From: an uncultured Thermoplasmatales archaeon
GTDB lineage: Archaea > Thermoplasmatota > E2 > DHVEG-1
NCBI GenBank assembly: GCA_964517155.1
Contig: CAZFAZ010000037.1
Coordinates: 1 to 42,070 of the forward strand
DNA: 42,070 bases
Direction of reading: 5' to 3'
In this document: piece after piece, positions 1 through 8,311 of the stretch
Layout of the letters: the number at the start of each line of letters is the position of its first letter
Position numbering within the stretch: position 1 is the stretch's first letter
Position numbers and translations under genes: made by a program
Notes under the pieces: model-generated
Seen by the model: the letters and a program-made list of their open reading frames with translations, nothing else
Databases searched by the model: none
Told to the model about the DNA's origin: nothing

Positions 1-74
1 AAAAACAAATAGAACATGTGATTTATATGTTTATTTGTTAACAGGAGAAAGCACTGTTTTTTCACCGGTGAAAT

Positions 75-101
75 AGGGATCAAATCCCTTCCCCTGCACC
101 A
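75..101 (+). pseudogene. 3'-terminal tRNA fragment (T-arm + acceptor strand + CCA), tRNA-Leu-like; possible att scar
   Basis: AGGG-ATCAAAT-CCCT T-arm-like hairpin followed by TCCCCTGC-A-CCA. The T-loop reads GATC instead of GTTC, and no intact D or anticodon arm lies upstream. Confidence 0.6.
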
Positions 102-176
102 TCTTCCATTTCATAAGAACAAACATACGAGCAAAAAAGATATTTAAAGAGTAAGTATTTATCAAAAAGAGCGACC

Positions 177-731
177 ATGCTAATCAAATATCCTGAGATT
201 GGAACTTGTGGGCTTTCTTGCAGATTATGCCCAATATATAATACTAAAGCAGAAAGCAGATGCCTTGGATGCAAGAGCCAAAATAGAATGACTGTTGGTT
301 GTCCATTTATAACTTGTGCTGTGAAGAAAAAAGGAATTGAGTTTTGTTGGGATTGCGAAGATAACAAAACATGTGAAAAATGGGAAAAACACAGGCAAGT
401 TAGTAAAAATAATGATTCTTTCAAATGTTATCAGAAACTTGAGGAGGATATTTCGTTTATACAAAATAGTGGAATAAGTGAATTTGAAAAAATACAGAAA
501 AAAAGAGAACATTTACTCAAAGAGATGCTAAAAGAATTTAACGAAGGACGTTCAAAAAGTTATTATTGTATTGCTGCAACAGTCTTAGAAATTGAAGAAC
601 TTGAAGAAGCATTGACAGAAGCAAAAAAAGAATCGCAAGGAGTGGATATAAAAGATAAATCAAAGATTCTTCATTCAATTTTAGAGGATATAGCTAAAAA
701 GAAATCTTATTACTTAAAATTAAGAAAATAA
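177..731 (+). CDS. DUF3795-like Cys-rich (metal/Fe-S binding) protein
   Basis: CGLSCRLCP, CLGC, CPFITC and FCWDC motifs. Confidence 0.7.
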   Translation: MLIKYPEIGTCGLSCRLCPIYNTKAESRCLGCKSQNRMTVGCPFITCAVKKKGIEFCWDCEDNKTCEKWEKHRQVSKNNDSFKCYQKLEEDISFIQNSGISEFEKIQKKREHLLKEMLKEFNEGRSKSYYCIAATVLEIEELEEALTEAKKESQGVDIKDKSKILHSILEDIAKKKSYYLKLRK

Positions 732-805
732 ATAAGATTAAAATAAAACCTTAAGTTTTATAACCAACAACTGTATTAATGGTATAGATAAAAGAGGAGA
801 GATGC

Positions 806-1555
806 ATGCCTGAGACTCAATTTAAAGAAGAAGAATTATGCGAAACTGGCATTGAGAAATTAGATGAAATGTTAGGTGGAGGAATACCTACGGGCAACAC
901 CGTTCTTGTTGTAGGAAGTAGTGGTTCTGGTAAAACCACGCTTTGTATGCAATACCTTATAAATGGTGCTAAAAAAGGCGAGCGTGGAGTTTTTTTTACA
1001 ATAACCGAGCCTTTGTTTAAACTTACCAAAAACCTAGATGGATTCTCGTTTTATGATAAAAAACTCATAGAATCAGGTATGGTAAACCTAATAGATCTTA
1101 GAATCATCAGTGAAAGACTAGGTCTTGATACTGAAAAATACACTGTTGAAGATGCAAGTGCATTACTTGATATATTAAGAGATATCGCAGATGAGCTTAA
1201 TGTAAAAAGATTAGTAATAGATTCTATAACTGCTCTTTGCTATAGACTTCAAACCCCTGAAATGATACGTGACTTTATATTCAAACTAGGCTCATCTCTT
1301 GCCGCTATGAACTGTACAACACTTTTAACATCTGAAGTACCACCTCGTAAATTCCAGTATTCCCAATATGGCATTGAAGAGTTTATCAGTGACGGAATTC
1401 TTTTCTTAGGAGATATAGAAAGAAAAGGGGACTTGATACGTACTTTTCAGATAGTTAAAATGAGAGGAGCAGCACATGATAGAACAAAAACTGCTATGAT
1501 AATATCTACTAAAAATGGAGTAGAATTAGAAACATTGCTCCGTTCTAGAGAGTGA
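806..1555 (+). CDS. KaiC/RAD55-family RecA-superfamily ATPase (single domain, intact motifs)
   Basis: TGIEKLDEMLGGG, Walker A GSSGSGKT, Walker B LVIDS, KMRG Arg-finger motif; GAGGAG SD upstream. Confidence 0.9.
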   Translation: MPETQFKEEELCETGIEKLDEMLGGGIPTGNTVLVVGSSGSGKTTLCMQYLINGAKKGERGVFFTITEPLFKLTKNLDGFSFYDKKLIESGMVNLIDLRIISERLGLDTEKYTVEDASALLDILRDIADELNVKRLVIDSITALCYRLQTPEMIRDFIFKLGSSLAAMNCTTLLTSEVPPRKFQYSQYGIEEFISDGILFLGDIERKGDLIRTFQIVKMRGAAHDRTKTAMIISTKNGVELETLLRSRE

Positions 1556-1562
1556 AATATAA

Positions 1563-2144
1563 ATGGCTAATGTTTTAATAGATGGACTAAAAGAAAGAAT
1601 ATCAAATGCAATAGCGGTAAATCAATCTATAGGAGTATTGCTACCTGGTGCTAATTACCAGGATTTACTTTTAGCATTATTTGAAAGAATTAAAAGCAAA
1701 CCAGAAGAAGCATGGGTATATGTAAATGTCACAAAACCTTTCCAGAATCTGTCAAATCAACTACCATATATATCTGAACTTAAAAACATACGTTTTATAG
1801 ATTGCATCTCACGAGCAGCAGGCATTTCAAAACCAACAAAAAACGTTATTTTTGTTGAAAGTCCAACTATGCTTGAAAAAATAGGTCTAGAGATAATGAA
1901 TATATTTAAGGAAGTAGATCCAAAAGCAAAAAAATATCTTGTAATTGATTCTTTAACAAACCTTATAATCTACAATGATCCAGAAATTATCACTGAGTTC
2001 TTTTACAACATAATAAACAGAACAAGAGCAAGAGATATACATGCAATATCACTTGCAATAGAAGAAGAAGGAATGGAAAGTTACCTCAACCGTTTAGTAT
2101 ATCTAAACGATAAAATACTAAAAGTTAGAGACTCGTTTATTTAA
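1563..2144 (+). CDS. Degenerate KaiC/RecA-fold protein lacking Walker A
   Basis: Retains FIDC and LVIDSL strands and an LNDKILKV terminal strand but has no P-loop; co-oriented between two KaiC-like genes. Confidence 0.65.
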   Translation: MANVLIDGLKERISNAIAVNQSIGVLLPGANYQDLLLALFERIKSKPEEAWVYVNVTKPFQNLSNQLPYISELKNIRFIDCISRAAGISKPTKNVIFVESPTMLEKIGLEIMNIFKEVDPKAKKYLVIDSLTNLIIYNDPEIITEFFYNIINRTRARDIHAISLAIEEEGMESYLNRLVYLNDKILKVRDSFI

Positions 2145-2170
2145 AAAAAAAAGGTAAATGATGAATAATA

Positions 2171-2938
2171 ATGTCAAAAAAAGAAGAATTCATAAGTACA
2201 GGCATCGAGAAACTTGATAAATTACTTGAAGGTGGAACACCTCAAGGATATTCCGTACTAATACTTGGAACACCTGGCAGCAGTATCGAAATTTTAAGTA
2301 AACAACTAGCTTCAAACGGCAAAGTTTTATATTTTACCACAGAAGAAACAGAAGAAGAACTAAAAGATACAATGACTCGTTTTGGATGGACTAAACCAAA
2401 TATGGAAGTAATAGATATTGCTTCACAATATTCCGAAGCACTGATGAGTGGAGAACAAAGAAGAGTCAATGTCTATGAACAACGATCAAAAGTCAAACTT
2501 AAAGAACTAATTGAAATTGGATCATCAGGTATGCCCCCTACTGCTAAAGGCAGCCAAGATTTTTTGGCAATACTATCAAACAAAATAAAAAATGCTGAAA
2601 AACAAAAAATAATAATAAATTCTTTAGATTTCTTCTTAAATCAGTATACTCAAGATGAAGTAATACGAACAATTCATGCTGCAAAAATATGTAATATACA
2701 ACACAAAGGTGTTCTATTCATGATTATGACTCGAGGGATACATGGCGATATATTTGAGCGCAGAATGGAAGGACTTGCTGATTGTGTTTTAGAACTTGAA
2801 GTACTACAGAAAGGTTCTACTTTTGAACGTTTTCTTGCTGTTAAAAAAATGAAGAATTATGCTAAAAAAATTGGTATCGCCAGATATGCAATAGACAGCG
2901 ATGGTTTTATACTAGAAATGATTGAAAGAATAATGTAA
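2171..2938 (+). CDS. RAD55/KaiC-like pseudo-ATPase
   Basis: STGIEKLDKLLEGG and LADCVLEL are present, but Walker A is degenerate (GTPGSSIE), Walker B reads IIINS, and KMKN replaces KMRG. Confidence 0.8.
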   Translation: MSKKEEFISTGIEKLDKLLEGGTPQGYSVLILGTPGSSIEILSKQLASNGKVLYFTTEETEEELKDTMTRFGWTKPNMEVIDIASQYSEALMSGEQRRVNVYEQRSKVKLKELIEIGSSGMPPTAKGSQDFLAILSNKIKNAEKQKIIINSLDFFLNQYTQDEVIRTIHAAKICNIQHKGVLFMIMTRGIHGDIFERRMEGLADCVLELEVLQKGSTFERFLAVKKMKNYAKKIGIARYAIDSDGFILEMIERIM

Positions 2939-2939
2939 A

Positions 2940-3083
2940 CTATTTTTCTTTTTGTGTATTTTTATAAATTTGATATAGTATACATTTATCTTCACCTGGA
3001 CACACTTCATCTTTTGGTGTAAGATTGCATCCAGGATACTCTCCATGTCTTATCTTTGATTTAAAATTATATTGTTTTATCAT
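2940..3083 (-). CDS. Putative 47-aa small Cys-containing protein (MIKQYNFKSKIRHGEYPGCNLTPKDEVCPGEDKCILYQIYKNTQKEK)
   Basis: ATG-TAG ORF translated by hand. It is a locally less AT-rich, protein-like stretch in an AT-rich gap, with His plus three Cys. Confidence 0.45.
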   Translation of the reverse strand: MIKQYNFKSKIRHGEYPGCNLTPKDEVCPGEDKCILYQIYKNTQKEK

Positions 3084-3333
3084 TCTTTTATCAATAAAAC
3101 ATAATATTTTCTATGTATTAAATTATAGCCATATTTTCAAAAAAAAAGAATAAAAAAAGGGGGACTTATTTTAAGAAGAGAAGAATTAAGGAAACGATTC
3201 AATTAATCCCCCTTATAAGTATATAGATTTCACAATATGTTATTATACTTTATGACTATATTTTAACATTTTTTCTAAAAAATGTTGTTATAATAACATA
3301 TTGTTACAAGTCAAAAATATTCAACTATCTTTT

Positions 3334-4020
3334 TTACATAAGATCTACAAGTGTTTTATTATTAGTACCTGGTGTCCTAAATAAAAAAACTCCAGGGGAA
3401 CCCATCTCAGGTATAACCATACCTTCAAGGTCTTCTCTAGAAGCCAAACCACCAAAACATGCTGAAAGATTCACAGTAAGAACCACTTTATCACCTTTAT
3501 TAATAACAGGATTTGAAGCCGTGCAAGAGCCATCAGCATCCTCAATTACAATAATTCCAAAATCATCAGCGCCTATATCAAACATATTAGCAGTTGAAAA
3601 TAAACCACTTGCTGAAGGAGCCAATGCAAAACTAGTATCCCAACTTAAAAGACATAATTTAGAGCCATTAGACATTTTAACAACCACTTGATCAAGATTT
3701 ACGCCTGATCCGCCTGAACGCGAGGTAATCATTACAGACATATTATGAAACCTATTATAATAGGTACCACTAACATTTCTATTACCATACTGGCCAACTA
3801 TTTTAACTACTCCGATACCTGAACTAACTTCATCACAAGTATCTTGCCCAGCTCGCATAGCCTGAGTTTCAAGCTGATTAGAAGTCTGTATCAAAACAGA
3901 CGCAGCAATACCTGCTACTAATACCGTTGCTATGAAAACTATCATTGCTCCTATTCCAATAGATGCTTTGCTGTTAGATTTAAAAGCAAATAATCTACTG
4001 AAAGCAGTATTTTTCTGCAT
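3334..4020 (-). CDS. flaB: Archaellin (archaeal flagellin)
   Basis: Class III signal KA|SIGIGAMIVFIATVLVAGIAASVLIQT, the conserved archaellin N-terminus; C-terminal INKGD...IPEMG motifs. Confidence 0.92.
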   Translation of the reverse strand: MQKNTAFSRLFAFKSNSKASIGIGAMIVFIATVLVAGIAASVLIQTSNQLETQAMRAGQDTCDEVSSGIGVVKIVGQYGNRNVSGTYYNRFHNMSVMITSRSGGSGVNLDQVVVKMSNGSKLCLLSWDTSFALAPSASGLFSTANMFDIGADDFGIIVIEDADGSCTASNPVINKGDKVVLTVNLSACFGGLASREDLEGMVIPEMGSPGVFLFRTPGTNNKTLVDLM

Positions 4021-4272
4021 CCCAATCCTTACATAAACAACGAATCAGTCTTTTAAATCATTTTTTCGCATTTGAATGTGTAAACGAATATGTATGTAGA
4101 TATGTCTAATACCATCCAAAAAATACATCTTTTTAAAAAAAATGAAATAAATACAATAGAATAAACAACTATAAACAATACAACGTTTTTTATCATATTT
4201 ACCATAGTGCTTAATAATAAGTTATGCATATCGGTTTTTGACCTATTACACTAATAAAAGGGGGCTTAAAAA

Positions 4273-5271
4273 ATGGTAAATTTAAATGAATTAAAATTTG
4301 GAACAGAAAAACTAAAAAAAGGTTTTGCCAAAATGCAAAAAGGCGGAGTTGTAATGGATGTTACAAACGCTAAACAAGCAATAATCGCAGAAGAAAGCGG
4401 AGCCGTGGCTGTAATGGCTTTAGAAAGAGTTCCTGCGGATATACGCGCACAAGGTGGAGTTGCAAGAATGGCAGATCCTACAAAAATAATTGAAATAATA
4501 GATTCAGTAAGCATTCCGGTTATGGCAAAAGCAAGAATAGGTCATTTTGTTGAAGCACAAGCCTTAGAATCATTAAATGTAGATATGATAGATGAATCAG
4601 AAGTCTTAACCCCTGCAGATCCATTTTATCATATAAACAAACACAAATTTACGATACCTTTTGTATGCGGATGCCGCAATCTTGGAGAGGCTGCAAGAAG
4701 AATCTGGGAAGGTGCTGCAATGATTCGTACAAAAGGCGAAGCAGGCACTGGAAACATAATAGAAGCAGTGAGGCACCAAAGAATGGTAACAAGCATGATT
4801 AAAACACTTAAAAAAATGGATGAAAACAAATTACATAAACTTGCAGAAAATTATTGTCAAAGTTATATAGATGCAACTAAAATATTAACATCAGTTGAAA
4901 AAATAGATAATAATACATTTGTTTTTGAAGAATATACATATAAAGATGTTTTAAATGGATTAAAAGATGTTTTAAAAGAAATCAAAAAGCTTCAAAGACT
5001 TCCTGTTGTAAACTTTGCAGCAGGCGGCATTGCAACACCTGCAGATGCAGCACTTATGATGCAACTTGGAAGCGACGGAGTTTTTGTAGGATCAGGTATT
5101 TTTAAATCCAAAAACCCTGAAAAACGTGCAAAAGCAATAGTGGAAGCTGTTGCAAACTATAACAAAGCAGAGATAATTGCAGAAGTAAGTAAAAATCTTG
5201 GTGAAGCAATGGTTGGAATAAACATAGATACAATACCAAAAGAAGAAATGCTCCAGGAGAGAGGATGGTAA
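4273..5271 (+). CDS. pdxS: Pyridoxal 5'-phosphate synthase lyase subunit
   Basis: [30 protein letters not shown] and [19 protein letters not shown] motifs. Confidence 0.98.
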   Translation: MVNLNELKFGTEKLKKGFAKMQKGGVVMDVTNAKQAIIAEESGAVAVMALERVPADIRAQGGVARMADPTKIIEIIDSVSIPVMAKARIGHFVEAQALESLNVDMIDESEVLTPADPFYHINKHKFTIPFVCGCRNLGEAARRIWEGAAMIRTKGEAGTGNIIEAVRHQRMVTSMIKTLKKMDENKLHKLAENYCQSYIDATKILTSVEKIDNNTFVFEEYTYKDVLNGLKDVLKEIKKLQRLPVVNFAAGGIATPADAALMMQLGSDGVFVGSGIFKSKNPEKRAKAIVEAVANYNKAEIIAEVSKNLGEAMVGINIDTIPKEEMLQERGW

Positions 5272-5927
5272 AAAAAGTATCAATAGGTGTAATCGATATT
5301 CAAGGCGCAGTAACCGAACATATGCACTCCATGAAACAGGCTTTAAAAGAAGTAAATATTACTGGAGAAGTTTTTGCAATACGTGAAAAAGAAGATCTTA
5401 TAAAAGTAAATGCTTTGATAATACCTGGTGGAGAAAGCACAACTATTTCAAGAATACTATTAAAAAAAGGTATATATGAAGAAATTTTAAAACGTTTAGA
5501 AAAAAAAGATATCGCAATTATGGGAACATGTGCAGGATGTGTTCTTCTAAGTAAAAAAATCATTGATAATAAAAAAGAAATAAAAATCCTTAATGCAATG
5601 GATATAGAAGTTAAAAGAAACGCTTTTGGAAGTCAAAGAGAATCTTTTGAACAAAAAATAAAGATAAAAGGTTTTTCAAAACCTTATAATGCTGTTTTTA
5701 TACGTGCACCAATAATCGAAAAAATATACAATAACTGTGAAATCCTTGCAAAAATAGAAAATAAAATAATAATGGCTAGGCAGGATAACCTGCTAGCTAT
5801 TTCTTTTCATCCTGAACTTACAGACGACCTGCGAGTTCATAAATATTTTTTAGATATGGTTTTAAGCTTTCATTATCGCCATCAAAAATATTCCAAGAGC
5901 AACTGCTGCTCCAACAATAGCGCCTAG
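5265..5927 (+). CDS. pdxT: PLP synthase glutaminase subunit
   Basis: PGGESTT, GTCAG and FHPEL motifs; overlaps the pdxS stop. Confidence 0.97.
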   Translation: MVKKVSIGVIDIQGAVTEHMHSMKQALKEVNITGEVFAIREKEDLIKVNALIIPGGESTTISRILLKKGIYEEILKRLEKKDIAIMGTCAGCVLLSKKIIDNKKEIKILNAMDIEVKRNAFGSQRESFEQKIKIKGFSKPYNAVFIRAPIIEKIYNNCEILAKIENKIIMARQDNLLAISFHPELTDDLRVHKYFLDMVLSFHYRHQKYSKSNCCSNNSA

Positions 5928-6188
5928 GATAGCAATAACGCCCTGAAGTATTGTATCTTTAAAGTACAACATTCCTCCTTCTTGAGGTGCACCTAGCATT
6001 CCTTCAAGCCATCCAGCGCCCCACATAAATATGACAAATACCAATATCCCAATAGCAATTAGTATCCCGCCAACAATTCGGCTTTTACCTGAGCCAAAAT
6101 AAGCCGTGAAAATACCTGCTATTATGCTTGCTATCCCAAATACTAGCACCATCATACTCAAAAATTGAGCTAACCAATATACTTCCAT
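5862..6188 (-). CDS. Small Gly-rich three-helix membrane protein of unknown function
   Basis: Three hydrophobic segments; GGAGG SD upstream; follows the Lrp-domain gene. Confidence 0.75.
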   Translation of the reverse strand: MEVYWLAQFLSMMVLVFGIASIIAGIFTAYFGSGKSRIVGGILIAIGILVFVIFMWGAGWLEGMLGAPQEGGMLYFKDTILQGVIAILGAIVGAAVALGIFLMAIMKA

Positions 6189-6202
6189 TTTTTCTTTCCT
6201 CC

Positions 6203-6448
6203 TTAAAATTTTGTACCTGTTAATGTTTTAGTGTCAATTACACCTTCAATTGATCTGATACGGTCGACAACGATTTTGCCTAGTTTTTCAAAGTCATCTG
6301 CCTTTATCTTTGCAATTAAATCGTATTCTCCAAATAAGGGATGTAATTCAACTATCTCTGGTACTTTAGACAGTTTGTTATATACGTCATGTTCGCGTGC
6401 AGGTGCTGCACTTATTAACACAAAACCTATTGCCATTTGTTTTTTCAC
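6203..6448 (-). CDS. Stand-alone Lrp/AsnC ligand-binding (RAM) domain protein
   Basis: LFGEYDLIAKI and IRSIEGVIDTKTL motifs with no HTH. The start is GTG 6448 or ATG 6436. Confidence 0.88.
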   Translation of the reverse strand: MKKQMAIGFVLISAAPAREHDVYNKLSKVPEIVELHPLFGEYDLIAKIKADDFEKLGKIVVDRIRSIEGVIDTKTLTGTKF

Positions 6449-6519
6449 CTATTCTCCTGAAATATTATTGTATAATATAAACCTTTTCAAAAAAAGTTAA
6501 TTTAATAAACGAAAAAAAC

Positions 6520-7035
6520 CTATTTTTCGTCTTTTATTTTGATATTTATTGATTTCTTTTTTATCGTAACTATCTTTTTAATTTCCAACTTTAAGTCTTT
6601 ATCAATTTGGTATTCGTCTATTGGTTTCTCTGGCAAAATACCATTTACCTCGTAGATGTAATAACCGTTATCATCATTAATTGATTTTATGTAACCTTTA
6701 GCTCCTTGCTTTTTTACTTCTATGCCAGGTATCTGTTTTAATGCATCAAAAAGATTCTTATTTTTATTTATCACAATTGTTTGCGATTCAATAAACGGAT
6801 CTAATGCTTCTTCCATATTTTTGATGTTAGTCTTCAGGAGGTAGATATTACCAATAATTTTTTTGTTTATTAATCCTGCTTTTTCAAGTATTTTTATATG
6901 TCTTGATACAACAGGTTTTGATAAACCTATCTTTTTTGCAAGTGCCGTTAGATGTATTTCTTCATTTGCAAGCATCTTAAGGATTTTTATTCTTGTTGAA
7001 CTGCTAAGTGCTTTAAACAAGTATTCGTTACCCAT
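6520..7035 (-). CDS. ArsR-family wHTH regulator with C-terminal DUF4430/transcobalamin-like domain
   Basis: N-terminal LFKALSSSTRIKIL...VSRHIKILEKAGLI. The C-terminal YIKSIN..GYYIYEVNG..IDEYQI resembles the neighbouring DUF4430 protein. Confidence 0.8.
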   Translation of the reverse strand: MGNEYLFKALSSSTRIKILKMLANEEIHLTALAKKIGLSKPVVSRHIKILEKAGLINKKIIGNIYLLKTNIKNMEEALDPFIESQTIVINKNKNLFDALKQIPGIEVKKQGAKGYIKSINDDNGYYIYEVNGILPEKPIDEYQIDKDLKLEIKKIVTIKKKSINIKIKDEK

Positions 7036-7038
7036 ATT

Positions 7039-7054
7039 GATAACAATCGTTATC
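7039..7054. promoter_or_regulatory. Inverted repeat GATAAC-N4-GTTATC, candidate operator
   Basis: Perfect 6-bp arms lying 3 nt from the regulator start codon. Confidence 0.5.
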
Positions 7055-7060
7055 TAAAAT

Positions 7061-7078
7061 GTAAGATTTTAATCTTAC
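7061..7078. promoter_or_regulatory. Inverted repeat GTAAGATT-TT-AATCTTAC overlapping probable TATA boxes of both divergent genes
   Basis: Perfect 8-bp arms centred in the 62-bp divergent intergenic region. Confidence 0.65.
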
Positions 7079-7097
7079 GGTTTTTTTACATATAAAT

Positions 7098-7574
7098 ATG
7101 AATAAAAAAGAAAACAGCACACTAAAAGCAGTTATTATATCAGTTATACCGCTAATTATAGTAATAGCAATTTTTGCAACCGCAATAAATATGGGAATAA
7201 TGACTGATACAAACAATAAAATAAATAACATATCAAATAATAAAAACACAGGCGATCTAGAAGAAATAACTGCAACAATTACAATAGATTTTGGAAACGA
7301 AACAACTAAAACACATGAAATAAAAACTACCAATGCAACAGCATATCATTTCTTAATAGAAGCAGCTAAATTAGAAGGATACGGCATTAAAACAACATAC
7401 TATGCAATATATGACAGTATCTTAGTCGAATCCATTTCAAATATCGAAAACGGACAAGACAACAAATACTGGATTTACTACATAAATGGTGAATCAGGAG
7501 CTATTTCTGCAGACAAACAAATAATAGAAAATAACGATATAATAGAATGGAGATTTGAAGAATTCACATATTAA
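7098..7574 (+). CDS. Membrane-anchored DUF4430 (transcobalamin-like beta-grasp) protein
   Basis: N-terminal TM helix; LVESISNIENG..KYWIYYING..SAD..IENNDIIEW motif. Confidence 0.85.
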   Translation: MNKKENSTLKAVIISVIPLIIVIAIFATAINMGIMTDTNNKINNISNNKNTGDLEEITATITIDFGNETTKTHEIKTTNATAYHFLIEAAKLEGYGIKTTYYAIYDSILVESISNIENGQDNKYWIYYINGESGAISADKQIIENNDIIEWRFEEFTY

Positions 7575-7624
7575 AAAAAGAAAGTTAATAAACAAGATTT
7601 AGATTAATATATGGAGGGAAAAAA

Positions 7625-8239
7625 ATGATAAAAAAAATAATTGATGAAAAAAACAGGCTGATAGCCGCCTTAACACTAATTTTATTAGGTGCAATATGCA
7701 GAGTTTTATTAAAAGGAGTTATAATAGATGTATTCTTTGTAATCGCCGTAGTATCTATACTAAGTGGCTTACTACTTGGCGGTTATTACACATTTATAGT
7801 TCCAATTTCAATAATGATGATAACTGATTTAATAATCGGAAACAACATGATATTCTTGTTCACATGGTCAGGATTTGCAATACTTGCAACAATCGGATAT
7901 ATATTAAAATCAAAAAAGAGCCTAACAATAAAAAAAGCACCGATGATAATAGGCTCAGGCATAGCAGGAATACTAATATATGATATCTGGACAAACTTTG
8001 GCTGCTGGCTTGGCTGGTACCCACACACACTTGAAGGACTTACAACCTGCTACACAGCCGCAATACCTTTCATGTTATGGCATCTACTTACAACAACAAT
8101 TGCACTTACTGCAGTAATAATACCTCTAACACTATTAAACAAAGACGAAGATATAAGAATAAAACCACTAAAAAAACATACAACAATCGCAATACCTGCA
8201 ATGATAATGATTGCAGCGATAATAAGTCTAATAGTCTAA
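7625..8239 (+). CDS. ECF S-component-like membrane protein (DUF6580/CbrT-like), putative corrinoid transporter
   Basis: About 6-7 TM helices; TNFGCW..YPHTLEGL..CY.AAIPF motif; GGAGG SD. Confidence 0.72.
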   Translation: MIKKIIDEKNRLIAALTLILLGAICRVLLKGVIIDVFFVIAVVSILSGLLLGGYYTFIVPISIMMITDLIIGNNMIFLFTWSGFAILATIGYILKSKKSLTIKKAPMIIGSGIAGILIYDIWTNFGCWLGWYPHTLEGLTTCYTAAIPFMLWHLLTTTIALTAVIIPLTLLNKDEDIRIKPLKKHTTIAIPAMIMIAAIISLIV

Positions 8240-8311
8240 TCCTAACAAAACAACCTCTTTTTATTTTTTTTGTGCAAAACGCTTTAAACCATTTTTTATT
8301 TCTCAAATTAT

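Noticed and set aside
4830..4980. ~40-aa insertion in PdxS relative to bacterial enzymes
   Set aside because: Longer PdxS proteins with an insertion here are common in archaea; no intein or intron hallmarks.
7036..7097. Cobalamin riboswitch upstream of the transporter genes
   Set aside because: The gap is only 62 bp, is AT-rich and has no B12-box.
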